A program made the position numbers and the translations under genes. From Lingula anatina (lineage: Eukaryota; Animalia; Brachiopoda), in NCBI GenBank assembly GCA_051362555.1, contig CM120644.1, forward strand, positions 5,464,954-5,528,953: 64,000 nt of DNA. Direction: 5' to 3'. Numbering within the stretch: the stretch's first letter is position 1; every line of letters starts with the position of its first letter. The notes under the pieces are model-generated. The model ran no database searches. It worked only from the letters and a program-made list of their open reading frames with translations, and was not told where the DNA came from. Positions 41,098-51,789 of this stretch are shown here, piece by piece.

Positions 41098-41500
41098 GTG
41101 GGGAGGTGGCGTTAATTATAAGATCTGAAAAGCCATCCCTGACTGAGTGATGAGAAATAGAGAGGATGGGAGAGAGTGAGAAGCAGATTAAAGGAGAATA
41201 TTGTGAAAGACACTTTGTTCGCATTAGGTTTAAAATGTAAAAGTCAGATAAAATTTGAGTTGATTGGTTATTTTCACAATCAAAAATTTCTAACACGTGT
41301 ACAGCAGCTGCAGGCTGGGCTTTGGGAATTACTTAATAATGGTGTATTGGAAATAATATTTTAGATATTTAATTGAACGCCGGATCGCCGGAGATTGTTT
41401 CATAAGAAAATATTACATAGCAAAATGGCAAAATAGAAGTGAAGTTCTAGTGATCACGCAATTTGAAATTGTGTGGAGAGAACACGTAAATTATGCGTGA
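34733..41500. repeat. Array of the amplified repeat unit: forward to about 37620, inverted afterwards
   Basis: Units begin after (CT)n(CA)n at about 34733, 35930, 36380 and 37545; reverse units end before (TG)n or (GA)n at about 37650, 38950, 40177 and 41050. Confidence 0.85.
36952..37233. mobile_element. CCC...GGG MITE copy 3 (TSD TA)
   Basis: Same family; empty site ggaccTAgtttcag near 16650. Confidence 0.8.
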
Positions 41501-42082
41501 TCGGTAAGCAGAAAGATGCTGTAAAATCCTTTACATTATATAAAAAAGGACGGTGAATTAACGTTTGACAGCGGCATCTCGTCGTCGTTGACGGGGAGGG
41601 AAGTGGACTTGGAGGATGCAGAAATTATAAGTTAGATAAAGTGATGAGATAGAAGCAGAAAGAGGGAAGGGGGTGATATTTAGTAACCCTGACTGGAGAG
41701 AGGGAGAGAGAGAGCTGCAATTGCCAGTTATATTACATATAAGTGATGCCCTCATTCTGGTGGATATATTTTTGAATAGTTTTTCCTTTCAGTTATCTTC
41801 CGTGGTAAATAACGCATACTGGTACGGTGTATTTGTTTGTAGTCGCCATGTTTAATATATGTTGTAAGTTTGAGAGGGAATGGGAGAGAGAGAGCGAAAC
41901 AGGACGTAAAGAGAGTAGGCCAACTGCACCAGACAAGTAGACATGTTATTAATGAGTGAAATACAGATGAAGAAAGCAAATGAAAGAGGGGGCTAATAAA
42001 GCACTGTATCAATCCATTCCAACGTTAATGAGAGATAGAAGGACCATAAAAATAGTTTATATTTATAATACGAATGTCTGCG

Positions 42083-42207
42083 ATTGGATAGTTTCATCGG
42101 TGTCACACCAATCACCATCAAGACCTTAACAGTGACAATATATATGTGGACGAGACCTGTTCTGGGACGTCTCATTGCTATATCAGACTTCAGTACGAAC
42201 AAACAAG
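42083..42207 (+). promoter_or_regulatory. Promoter and non-coding first exon of EGF gene copy A
   Basis: ATTGG at 42083, TATATAT at 42139, TCATT at 42172, AAG/GTAAGT donor at 42208; no ATG after the Inr. Confidence 0.62.
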
Positions 42208-42938
42208 GTAAGTTTTATCTGGATGAAGCAATGCTCATTCTCTTATTTTGCCATAGATGTTTCTAACAAGCACGTTTGATTTATTTGGTGTAGTAATTTG
42301 TTTTATTGAATCACACAGATTTATGCATCAAACAGCAAGTAATATTATTGGTATGCTCGTGGCAGTGAATATAATTTATACATAGACGTTTATAACGACC
42401 CTGTTTAACATTTGAAAGGGAATGGTACATCTGGTTTTCCTTCGAATATTGTCCTAATTGCGTCATGAGAAGTCATGATCAATTGTTTGGGGATATAGTT
42501 ACTGCAGACCCCGTCTTTTATGTGCCACCACCACAGAAAGAGGTCACAAACGTGGCAGGTCTGGCGAATATTATTATTATTATTATTAGTGGCTGTGGTA
42601 GTGTAGTAGGTAAAATGTGTAGCTTTCCAAACACGCTTATTTAAAAAAAAAAATCCCCCATTAAAGTTAATTCAGGTTAAGATGGTGACTTTTGGTGTTG
42701 TTTATTTTTTATCTGTACCAACAGTTTTAGACAATTTTTAGCCTTTTTAGTTGCTAGATTACTGATGCCGAATTTCAAGCACTGCGTTTATGTCATGTAC
42801 ATAATATTAAAACACGTTGATTTTCAGATTAGCCGATTTATTGTTGTGACGTAAAATTAAAAAAAAAATGTGTTTGTTTCAGGGAATCATATTTCCTTCC
42901 AACAAAGTAACACAGAACATTTCCATATCAGCCAATCT

Positions 42939-43017
42939 ATGATGGAATTGTTGTTCAGCCCGCACCTTGTTTTGACTCTAATGGCGTGTGCATTTGTCAT
43001 TCGCGCTGCCGCAGATT
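42939..43017 (+). CDS. EGF gene A, signal-peptide exon (coding part)
   Basis: MMELLFSPHLVLTLMACAFVIRAAAD; hydrophobic core and AAA-D cleavage site; phase-1 GTAAGT donor; candidate acceptor tttcag ending at 42882. Confidence 0.85.
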
Positions 43018-43509
43018 GTAAGTAAAGGGGTTAGGGTGGCGTAGAGAATATCGGTTTATTTATCAAATGTAGCTATCAGGAGAAAAGGCCATTGAACATT
43101 TATAAACAGAAGTAAGAAAAGAAAAAAGGGAACATCTAGGTCAAGCATTAAATTAAATGAAATTAGACGGAAATTGGACAGCTGGACCAAAATAACGCAT
43201 TTCAGCGAGAGTGCAAGGTGCGGCAATGATGAAAACTGACAGAATTTATGCATAGGTATTTTCTGGTTGCTTTATCTTCAGTTATTTAGAATTATAATCT
43301 AATGCATAACAGGTCATGAACTTATTCAGTATACACTAGATGTCATTTGTTTATAGCTCTCGAAGCATAGAAAAACAAAAACGCGGGGATCTATTTTCTA
43401 CATGTAGCTCACTCAGATTACTATTCATTGGTATTTTTTACCAAACATATATATTTTATCATTATCCAATGACGTGGGGTTGCGATATAAAGATGATGAT
43501 AGCACTTAT

Positions 43510-43759
43510 CCCTGTTAGCACGCAATGATGGCAGGGGCGGATCCAGAGCTATTTTCTGACAGTCTTCTAAATAATCTTTGTTGATCCATCCTGTATTTTT
43601 GACCGTCTTCTGAGAGAAAAAATTAGATATCCGTCAATGAAAACTTGAAAATCTGACCGTCTTCCGGAAGACCCAGAAGACGGCCTCAATCCGCCCCTGG
43701 ATGGGTCCCATATGTGGCCCATATGGGCTGTGAATGCTCCGGACTGTTGAGCACTCACG

Positions 43760-43818
<59 letters not shown>

Positions 43819-43993
43819 TTTATACTGTCAATTCATATGAACAGACACCAGGGGTAACTACGTATACACAGTGCAGTGACCTGTGAAATAGGTTAGCCCA
43901 CATGAGTTTTATCAGGGACCCAGATAAGACCTCGGAGTGCCCATCAAGCCCAGTACCTCCATCTGGGCTCCATGTGTGTGTGTGCTGGCTGGG
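43510..43993. mobile_element. CCC...GGG EnSpm-like MITE (TSD AT) with a nested CAGGGGCGG element (43532-43699, TSD GATGG) and (AT)n
   Basis: ccctgttagcac ... gtgctggctggg; caggggcggat ... atccgcccctg flanked by GATGG. Confidence 0.65.
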
Positions 43994-44045
43994 ATAAAGC
44001 TACCCGCATTAAGAAGCCACGCATCATATTAAACTAGAGACATAG

Positions 44046-44295
44046 GGGGCATTCCATAGAAACATCGGAACACGTGGGTTGCTCCAACTTTGCAGGGGCT
44101 CTCGTGCAATCGGCTTAACTGAATGACACGGCTCCTCGAGCAGCTTAGGTGTAATTAACAACAGTTAACCACCTAGCTGCTCGAGCAGGCGTCAGGCAGT
44201 TAAGCTGATTCCGCTGTTTACACTTATTGAGAATCCCTGCAGATTTGGGTCGATCCGTGTACATGGTAGTCCAATGGTGTATGTGGGAATGGGGT
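44046..44295. mobile_element. Palindromic (foldback) MITE-like element
   Basis: aatcggcttaactg/cagttaagctgatt, ctcgagcagct/agctgctcgag and tgcaggg/ccctgca arms; CATAG on both flanks. Confidence 0.6.
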
Positions 44296-44519
44296 CATAG
44301 ATCAGATAAAGAATCACAACGTGCATTTGTCTCTAAAAAAGAAAAAAATAAATGGCTGTCTAACTTCATATTTTAAAACCTAATAAACAGCCTAAGCCTT
44401 CCAATATCCCCATGCAAATTTATTTTTAACACCACCTCATGCGGAATCGCACCATAGGACGTCCTTTAGGACCCTATAGTTGATTCTGTTAGGGGATTTT
44501 TGAGAAATTATTTTTCCAG

Positions 44520-44627
44520 CTCCCTGCGATTCTCAGCCGTGCTTAAATGGAGGGACGTGCAATCCAGCTGGCGATTCGTTCCAGTGCGTTTGTCCCTCTT
44601 CTATATTCGGACTCATTTGCAACAGAG
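44520..44627 (+). CDS. EGF gene A, EGF domain 1
   Basis: (S)PCDSQPCLNGGTCNPAGDSFQCVCPSSIFGLICNR, six Cys, phase 1-1. Confidence 0.9.
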
Positions 44628-45234
44628 GTAGGTCGTGGCTCTTTAAATTGCATGCTAATGGTGTAGATAACACATGCAGTCTGTAATTACGTACCAGGTT
44701 ATACGTCATAAAAAATGTTGCCGTTTTATTGGCGGTATATATAAACACAATAAATACATGTAGTCTTTAAATAACGCAATTTGTTACCGGGCAAAATTCA
44801 TGCCGTTAATAAGAAGCCACTGTGACTTAGAATTATATAAATTTATAAGGAAATGAGGACCCACATTTACAAATCTAGAACGAATAAATAAACTACATAA
44901 ATATACGATAAATAACAAAACTAAATATAACAAAAACATTTGAACTACATAAGGTAAACTATAATGCACATTACACTTACATTCTGTGCTATTTTCCTCT
45001 ACGAAATACACTGCAAACCAAGCGGAATAAGTTCTACGATTGTACTGCTCCTCCCTGTCGATTGCCCCTGCATAAATACTAGCTGGCCTACGCACTTGAC
45101 TGAAAAAATGCTCACATTACCACCATTGGTGGCCAACAGGTCAAATCACCTCGTGCACAAACATGGAACCTGTTTCAGAAAAGTACTTTAGGCCGAAAGC
45201 GTGTCTTACTGACCAATGTACCGGGTATATTGTA

Positions 45235-45511
45235 TAGTGGCGGATTTAGGGGCGGGGGTCAGGGGGTCCTGACCCCCTTTTTAATTTCTGAAAAAAAATG
45301 ATACACCAATGGTCCTCTCTTGAAATTATAATTTTGACTAGCTGGATCATAGTTCTAAACCGTATCAAAAAGCGCGGTTCGCCCTCTAAAATAAAAACAA
45401 CTTTTTTCAGGGCCCTTCAGCGGGCGCCAATCCCATCGGGGGATGAGGGTGGACTTTGCATCTGCGCACCCCATCCCCCCGCCCTGCAAATATAATCATG
45501 ATCCGCCCGTG
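45235..45511. mobile_element. Short AGTGGCGGAT-type MITE
   Basis: tagtggcggatttaggggc ... gatccgcccgtg; a related left end at 48879. Confidence 0.5.
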
Positions 45512-46475
45512 TATAAATATATTTAGTACATTATGACCCAAGATCAATCGGTACTACTCGAAAAACAATAAAATATGGCGAATGTTTTTTTGCAAGAAAC
45601 GGCTGTTTTATACCAATATTTAGTAGATCTCTGCACATTGATCCTTTATTGAAGTGCCAGAAGGTCACAGTGTTGATCCTTGCGAAACGGAAGTATAAAC
45701 TACGATGAAAAAAAAAAAAAATGAAATGCACCACAGGAAGAAGTCACAAGAAAAGACAACAGTTAAATTAAAAAAAAAGTATTGTGATAATTTAACTCCA
45801 GTTGGAATTGATGTTTCTTTCTTAAAGATGGAATCTGCTGAACTTTCCTTCTACACTCAGAGGAAGAGTGCAATTTTCGAATACTGCATTGAATACATTG
45901 AAAGATCACGCCATCGGCTTTTTTGCCCAGCCCAAAAAGAATATTCCGGAGTAAACGACAACACCTACTCACGAAATATTGCATGACCTGGTTGTACTTG
46001 GATTCGATGTTTTATTCTATTTTTTTATTTAGTAATTTAATAATTTAGTTAATTATGACTGGCCAGTCATTATAACGACATCTGCCTCATTTACTCACGT
46101 GAAAATGTCATGGTGTTCTGTATTAGGGCTTGTGCCGTGTATAATACGAACGTTGCAAACTGACATTGGCTACCCAACAGTGAGAAAAGGTAATCAAACA
46201 GGCACGCGATGTGCTTCAGTTAAACCTTAACTAAAGGGGTTCATTTGTATTGAGAATTGTGAAATATAAGAAGCTTTATAAGACATGAATTTGACTGTAT
46301 ATATGTGTATGTGTGTGTGTGTGTGGGGGGGGGGGGGTTCAAACGCGTGAAGAAAATCTCTAGATATTAATTTTGTAGGATAAATCCCTTGGAGTACCCG
46401 TTTTAAGTGCATCATATGATGGCATGGATTCAATTGTGAATTGATTTGGGTCTTCACGGTCTTTTACGTTTTCAG

Positions 46476-46625
46476 TACCGTGTGGGGGAAATGCGAAATG
46501 CGTTGTTGACAAAAATGGCGGGACAGAGGACAGGCTTCATAATAACGATGGATGCAATCAAGAATATGAACAATATTGTGTTTGTGAAAATGGCTTCGAA
46601 GGAGACCCATATACGAACTGCACTG
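46476..46625 (+). CDS. EGF gene A, atypical EGF-like domain 2
   Basis: (V)PCGGNAKCVVDKNGGTEDRLHNNDGCNQEYEQYCVCENGFEGDPYTNCT; ttttcag / GTAAGT; 150 bp, phase 1-1. Confidence 0.88.
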
Positions 46626-47351
46626 GTAAGTCTTTTTCAAATCCCCAAGCCTTAGTATTTTAAAACCCTCCTTGGCCTTTTTTTGCTCAAAATGTGGACA
46701 TAAAGTTTGTTTGAAGATAACTCCATTACATACTTTCCCTTAAGAGATTAAAGTCCCATAGATACTAAGAAAAGAAAAAAGAAAAGGAAATTGAATCATT
46801 TTTTGTTTTATTGAATAATAACTAGTAGCCGGCGTAACATCCGGCATCCATGGACCTTAATCGGCACTGAGGGTAAAGAAAAAATAAGATCGATAAAATC
46901 ACGCATATGAGTTTTTCGTGCACAAGATCTACCAAACACTGTGAAATAAAGAGTACATTACTGTGAGCTGTCGACCTGATGCCTGTGTTTTATGCCATAA
47001 AAGGACTTCTGTCCTTGATTTTCAGTCTAAAGCTACTTTCATCCAAGAAAAATCAAAGACAGATGCAATCAAGAATTCCGATAAATGAAACAGTGCCTCT
47101 CTAGTTTTATTACAGCTAGGAGACATGATGTGATTGTTCAAGGCCTATATTTTATTCGTGAACGTGGACTATTGTGAATTTAACTTGAACTGAATTTGAC
47201 CAAATTTGGTCTGAAAGTTTAGACCCATTTGGAACTATTGCTTTTTGGTGTAACTAGTTTATGAGCTAAAACGCTACAGGTGTTTGGTTTTGGAATATAT
47301 GTACGGTTGTCTGTCAGGAAAGGGTTCGACTTTCACTTTTTTTCTTTTCAG

Positions 47352-47465
47352 ATATCAACGAGTGCAATAATCAGCCTTGCCTAAATAACGGTACCTGTAC
47401 AAATCGTGATGGCAGTTTCAAGTGCAACTGCCCTGGGGACATATGGGGAACCACTTGCAATAGAG
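47352..47465 (+). CDS. EGF gene A, calcium-binding EGF domain 3
   Basis: (D)INECNNQPCLNNGTCTNRDGSFKCNCPGDIWGTTCNR; cbEGF consensus D-I-N-E-C and C-x-N-x-x-G-S-F-x-C. Confidence 0.92.
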
Positions 47466-47622
47466 GTACGCTGTAGTTGTTTGTCGGAAAAATCAAATGT
47501 ACAGGTATAACAGTGAGTTGTTACAGATGGATGCCACAGCTTTTAACCAATAATGCAATCAGTTGACTCAAAGTGACAATTGATTTGACTCTTTACTGCA
47601 AAAAGGTATTTTACGTTTTCAG

Positions 47623-47772
47623 TGCCTTGTGGGGAAAATGCGAAATGCGTTGTTGAAAAAAAAGGCGGGATACAGGACAGGCTTCATAATAACGATGGAT
47701 GCAATCAAGCATATGAACAATATTGTATTTGTGAAAATGGCTTCGAAGGAGACCCATATGTGAACTGCACTG
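47623..47772 (+). CDS. EGF gene A, atypical EGF-like domain 4
   Basis: (V)PCGENAKCVVEKKGGIQDRLHNNDGCNQAYEQYCICENGFEGDPYVNCT; duplicate of 46476-46625 including splice flanks. Confidence 0.88.
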
Positions 47773-48372
47773 GTAAGTCTTTTTTTAATTCCCGAGCTGT
47801 TGAGTGGAAAAATTAATTCTGGTGCATTGTACCAATATTTCGCTTCTCATACACTCAGAACATTTAAAATGATTTGCGCAAGGATTAATTGTATATCTAA
47901 GCTTACGCCTACTCCTACAATGTGCCCATAAATACCACAAATGCTGAGCTTACCTACGCCCCGATGTTAATGTGCATCTGACACCTCATCAAATATTAAT
48001 TAAATTGGACAATATTTTACCTGTTCAGCACCTATTTGATTTTATGGACACAGTTCTACTAAGAAGGCCAAACGTATCCAATTTTAAATGAAACTATGAC
48101 GAAAAAAAGGTAGCATTTAATCACATACTGTATGTGATTTATCATGTAGAAACTGAGCTAAAGAGATCAAGCAGAAGTTATTGTTGGTTTGTATGAGCTT
48201 TCATACTAACAAAAAGTTATATATACACTTCATTGTTCTTTAAAATTTTAACCACTTTTTTAAGCCACTTATTTTCTTTTATATAAAAGAAATTTACACT
48301 TCAATACACACAAAAATTGTGGTCGAGTAAGGCAATGTAAGTATATAATTGGCATCTTTCCTTTCCTTCCAG

Positions 48373-48550
48373 CCCAGTAATCAATTCCTAAGAGAGGACA
48401 AAAAGGAATCTTTCCGCAAATGACCACAAATAACCCATGATGAAATTGCAGCTGTTATTTTTAAAGTAACAAATATTGAAACAAGAGTTGAATCAATGAA
48501 ATTATATTGGTATTTACTGTAGCCATTCGGTTTATGAAGATGTCAATAAA
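48373..48550 (+). other. Candidate terminal exon of EGF gene A (A-Q-stop, then 3' UTR with AATAAA at 48545)
   Basis: Strong ctttcctttccttccag acceptor; phase 1 gives GCC CAG TAA; polyadenylation signal about 165 bp later. Confidence 0.45.
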
Positions 48551-49779
48551 CAATTTTCGTCAATGCATGTGGAGTTTTTAAGGTGTTCTTAAATCTGAGC
48601 ATCCGCTTAGCTTTTACTATGTAAGAGAGCCACATATGAGGACCCTGCGCTCAATACTTCCTACAAAGAAAGTAAAGATAAGGAAACAAGCTTTTGCAGA
48701 ACTTGTGAAAAGAAGTTAGGTCCCCGGGTAAACGTGGTGCAATTTTTAAAGCATACCGATACAGTCAATATATGTAAACCCTCTTGTTCAAAATAATGGA
48801 ATATTCCAAAAGAGAATTGCATCTTATATTTCAATACGTTCAAATTAAGACAAAGCTCATTAGCGTTTATTATAATCTCAGGAGCGGATCCAGAACTTTT
48901 TAAGGGGGGGGGGGGGTATTTTTAAGGATTGACAGGCCTTGGAGACCGAGACATTTTTTTTTAGTAAAATCTCAACCCTAAAAGCTGATACATGGACACC
49001 AGACAGTCAATTATGATAAGTATTTAACAGTGCCAACAAATATATTTGTGTGTCCCTTTCCAATTTTATAACAAAATCATCCAAGAAAAGAAATGAAGTG
49101 GTTGCTCTGCTTGGTAACTCTTAGCATATCCTTTAAAAAATGTCAGTTTATTGTCCCGATGTTGTGATAAGTGACTCTCATATAAGAGTAGCGTTGAATT
49201 GTCGTGCGGTTTGGTCGTGTTTGAGATATGTTCCCCATAATTGTTTATTCCAATTTTACACTTTAATTTTAAAACATCTCAATTTAAAAACATCTCATTT
49301 TATATGACGAAAATGGTGATATCGTTACATCTTTTAGATTCTTTTTTTCAGTCGCGCCCCACGACTTTCATTCATGACCAAAAAAAAAAAGAGAAAAAAA
49401 TACATCATAGGAACCATAAAGACAGCTTCAGTGCTACTGCTGCTTAACCTGCAGTTCATTCTTTCTTTTGAATACAACCTGGCATTGCACCTTTTAAAAT
49501 CTAGGGCTTGGTACAAAAATTATAATTTGTAAGAATGAGAGAGAAAAGCGTACTTTCTTTGATTGCGACAGATGACACAAGCTTTTGTGAGCAATGTGTT
49601 GTGAATTTGAAGCAAACACCTGAACTAGATTACATAAGACCATCAGACTACAAGAACACTTCCTCCCTGTTCAAAAAAGAGAGAGTGCGCGTGCGCGCGT
49701 GTGTATATGATTTTAGTATCCTAAAGAAAATTTTATTTAAGGAAAAAAGTATGCACACCATAATACTTAAATGACCATT

Positions 49780-49780
<1 letters not shown>

Positions 49781-49820
<40 letters not shown>

Positions 49821-50422
49821 TAATAATAATAATACATTCATTTTGGGTCTAAATTGTTATAACAAGTTCAAAAGACTTTAAATATACATAAAACAATTAC
49901 TTAAGAAATCAATTATTTGGAATAGATAAATGAAAAATTACAGAGCTTAATGACAAAAACAATTAAGAGTATTCTAGATAAAACATACGGATTCTCACAT
50001 AAAAGCACTTACAGTACATAACTAAAATATGTTTGTTAAGAAAAATAATTAAGTCTAGATTAAAAAAAAACAACCTTATCTGCACACATAAAAGATTATA
50101 GATAGAACAGCATTATTTCTTACAGTGCAAAAATGCAATTAATTACTAAAAAACTTGTAAAATCAATTTAAAAGTCGATTAATCAAAATATTTCCTGAAT
50201 AGATATGTCTTCAGTTCTTTCTTACAATGTTTGGTAGACTCAATTAATCGGATTTCCAGTGGTAATAAATTCTATTCCTTTAGATCTGCTGATTTAAAAG
50301 AAATGTCACCATAAGTTTTTAGGTGCATTTTTACCGGCTGAAGTAACAATTTGTCTACAGACTGCATGTTTCTTGCTGGAACATAGTGAGTGACTAATTC
50401 ACTAAAATAGACCAGTGCAACG
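49781..50422 (-). mobile_element. L2/CR1-group LINE 3' fragment with (ATT)n tail
   Basis: YFSELVTHYVPARNMQS..KLLL.P...LKTYGDISF.....*NLLPLEIR......KKELKTYLF matches the L2 ORF2 C-terminus; tail assignment is tentative. Confidence 0.75.
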
Positions 50423-50894
50423 CAAGTTTTTTTTATTAAAATGTATTAAAAAAAAAAAAAATAGATAAAAAAGATAGAAACGATGATCAAATGATATATA
50501 CAAAGATGATATGGTGACTCTTAAGTAGCTATTTGAATGAAATATAGTGCTAATAACGGTATACTGACCAGGAGCGTTTTAATATACAACATTGGTCAAA
50601 AAGGTTGTCCCACCCTCAGTATCATGTGCTTTTATTTATAAATGATCACCTCACAGGTGAAATTTGTTATAAATAGTGATTTTCATTCCAGATACCATTA
50701 CTAACAAGATTATTGGAATAGAAAATACAAACTAGCGGTGAAGATATCAATATTTTATACCATTTATTCTCATTTAATACATGTACCCCCTTAAATCCGA
50801 CGTTTCACTGTGATTTTCACAAAGGCAAAGAAATGTCCATTACAATGAAAAGACACCACCAAATGTCACCGCATTTACAAACATTTAGCATTAA

Positions 50895-51725
50895 GAGCTT
50901 GTCCACGAGAGAACCAGCCCAGGGTGGCAAGGTGGGGGTCAGCGGATTTCAACCAAATTTGTTGTATGGAGGCATACTAGGAAGTTATTCATGAGTTAGG
51001 AAGGAATCCCAAAAATATCTTTTCTTCAGAGAATTATAGCCTATTATAAGTCATGGCTTATGTGGCCTCTTTGAGACTCCATTTTTACCTTGGAAAAATA
51101 ATGATAAATTTTGTGTAAATTAAACAAAAATGGAGAAAACTAAAAAATATTAGACCTTACAAACATTGAAAACAATCATTTGGCTTGCCACAGATATATG
51201 CAGAATTCAGATAAGACCCTGCTTGGGCGAGCCACACCCATTTATAACACCCCCCCCCAAAGTCCAATTTTGACACTACCATCTTTAATTGCATATATCT
51301 CCATCTTCACAGGGTTTACAGCTATAAAACTGCATGAATATTTTAGGCAGATATGGATCACTCCAAATCAAGTTTCAAAAGTTACTGCTGTATTAAAACA
51401 GGTACTGAAAAATACCCCCAAAGTTGGCCATTTTTAAGGCAAAAAATCGTGGTGGATTCATTCAAGTCTATGTAGACAATGGGTTTGATTAATTTATTAA
51501 AACATTTTGCTCTACAATGTTGTTACTAAATTAATAGGGCTGGTGAGCATGGAAAGTGGACGTGTTCTAATGAATATCAGGTCAGTGGGTCATAGGTCAA
51601 GGTCATTGGGCTTCATTTTTGTAAATTGTCATATATGGACTTTTTCATTTGTATGGACAAAAAGTTAAGAGGAAATAAATCTTAGATTCTATTACTTTGG
51701 ATAAGCACTGGCAATTAACTTGAGA

Positions 51726-51789
<64 letters not shown>

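Noticed and set aside
44520-47772. Calling the EGF gene Notch, Delta, fibropellin or fibrillin
   Set aside because: The signal peptide joins directly to only four EGF-like exons; no DSL, CUB, TB or transmembrane exon was seen
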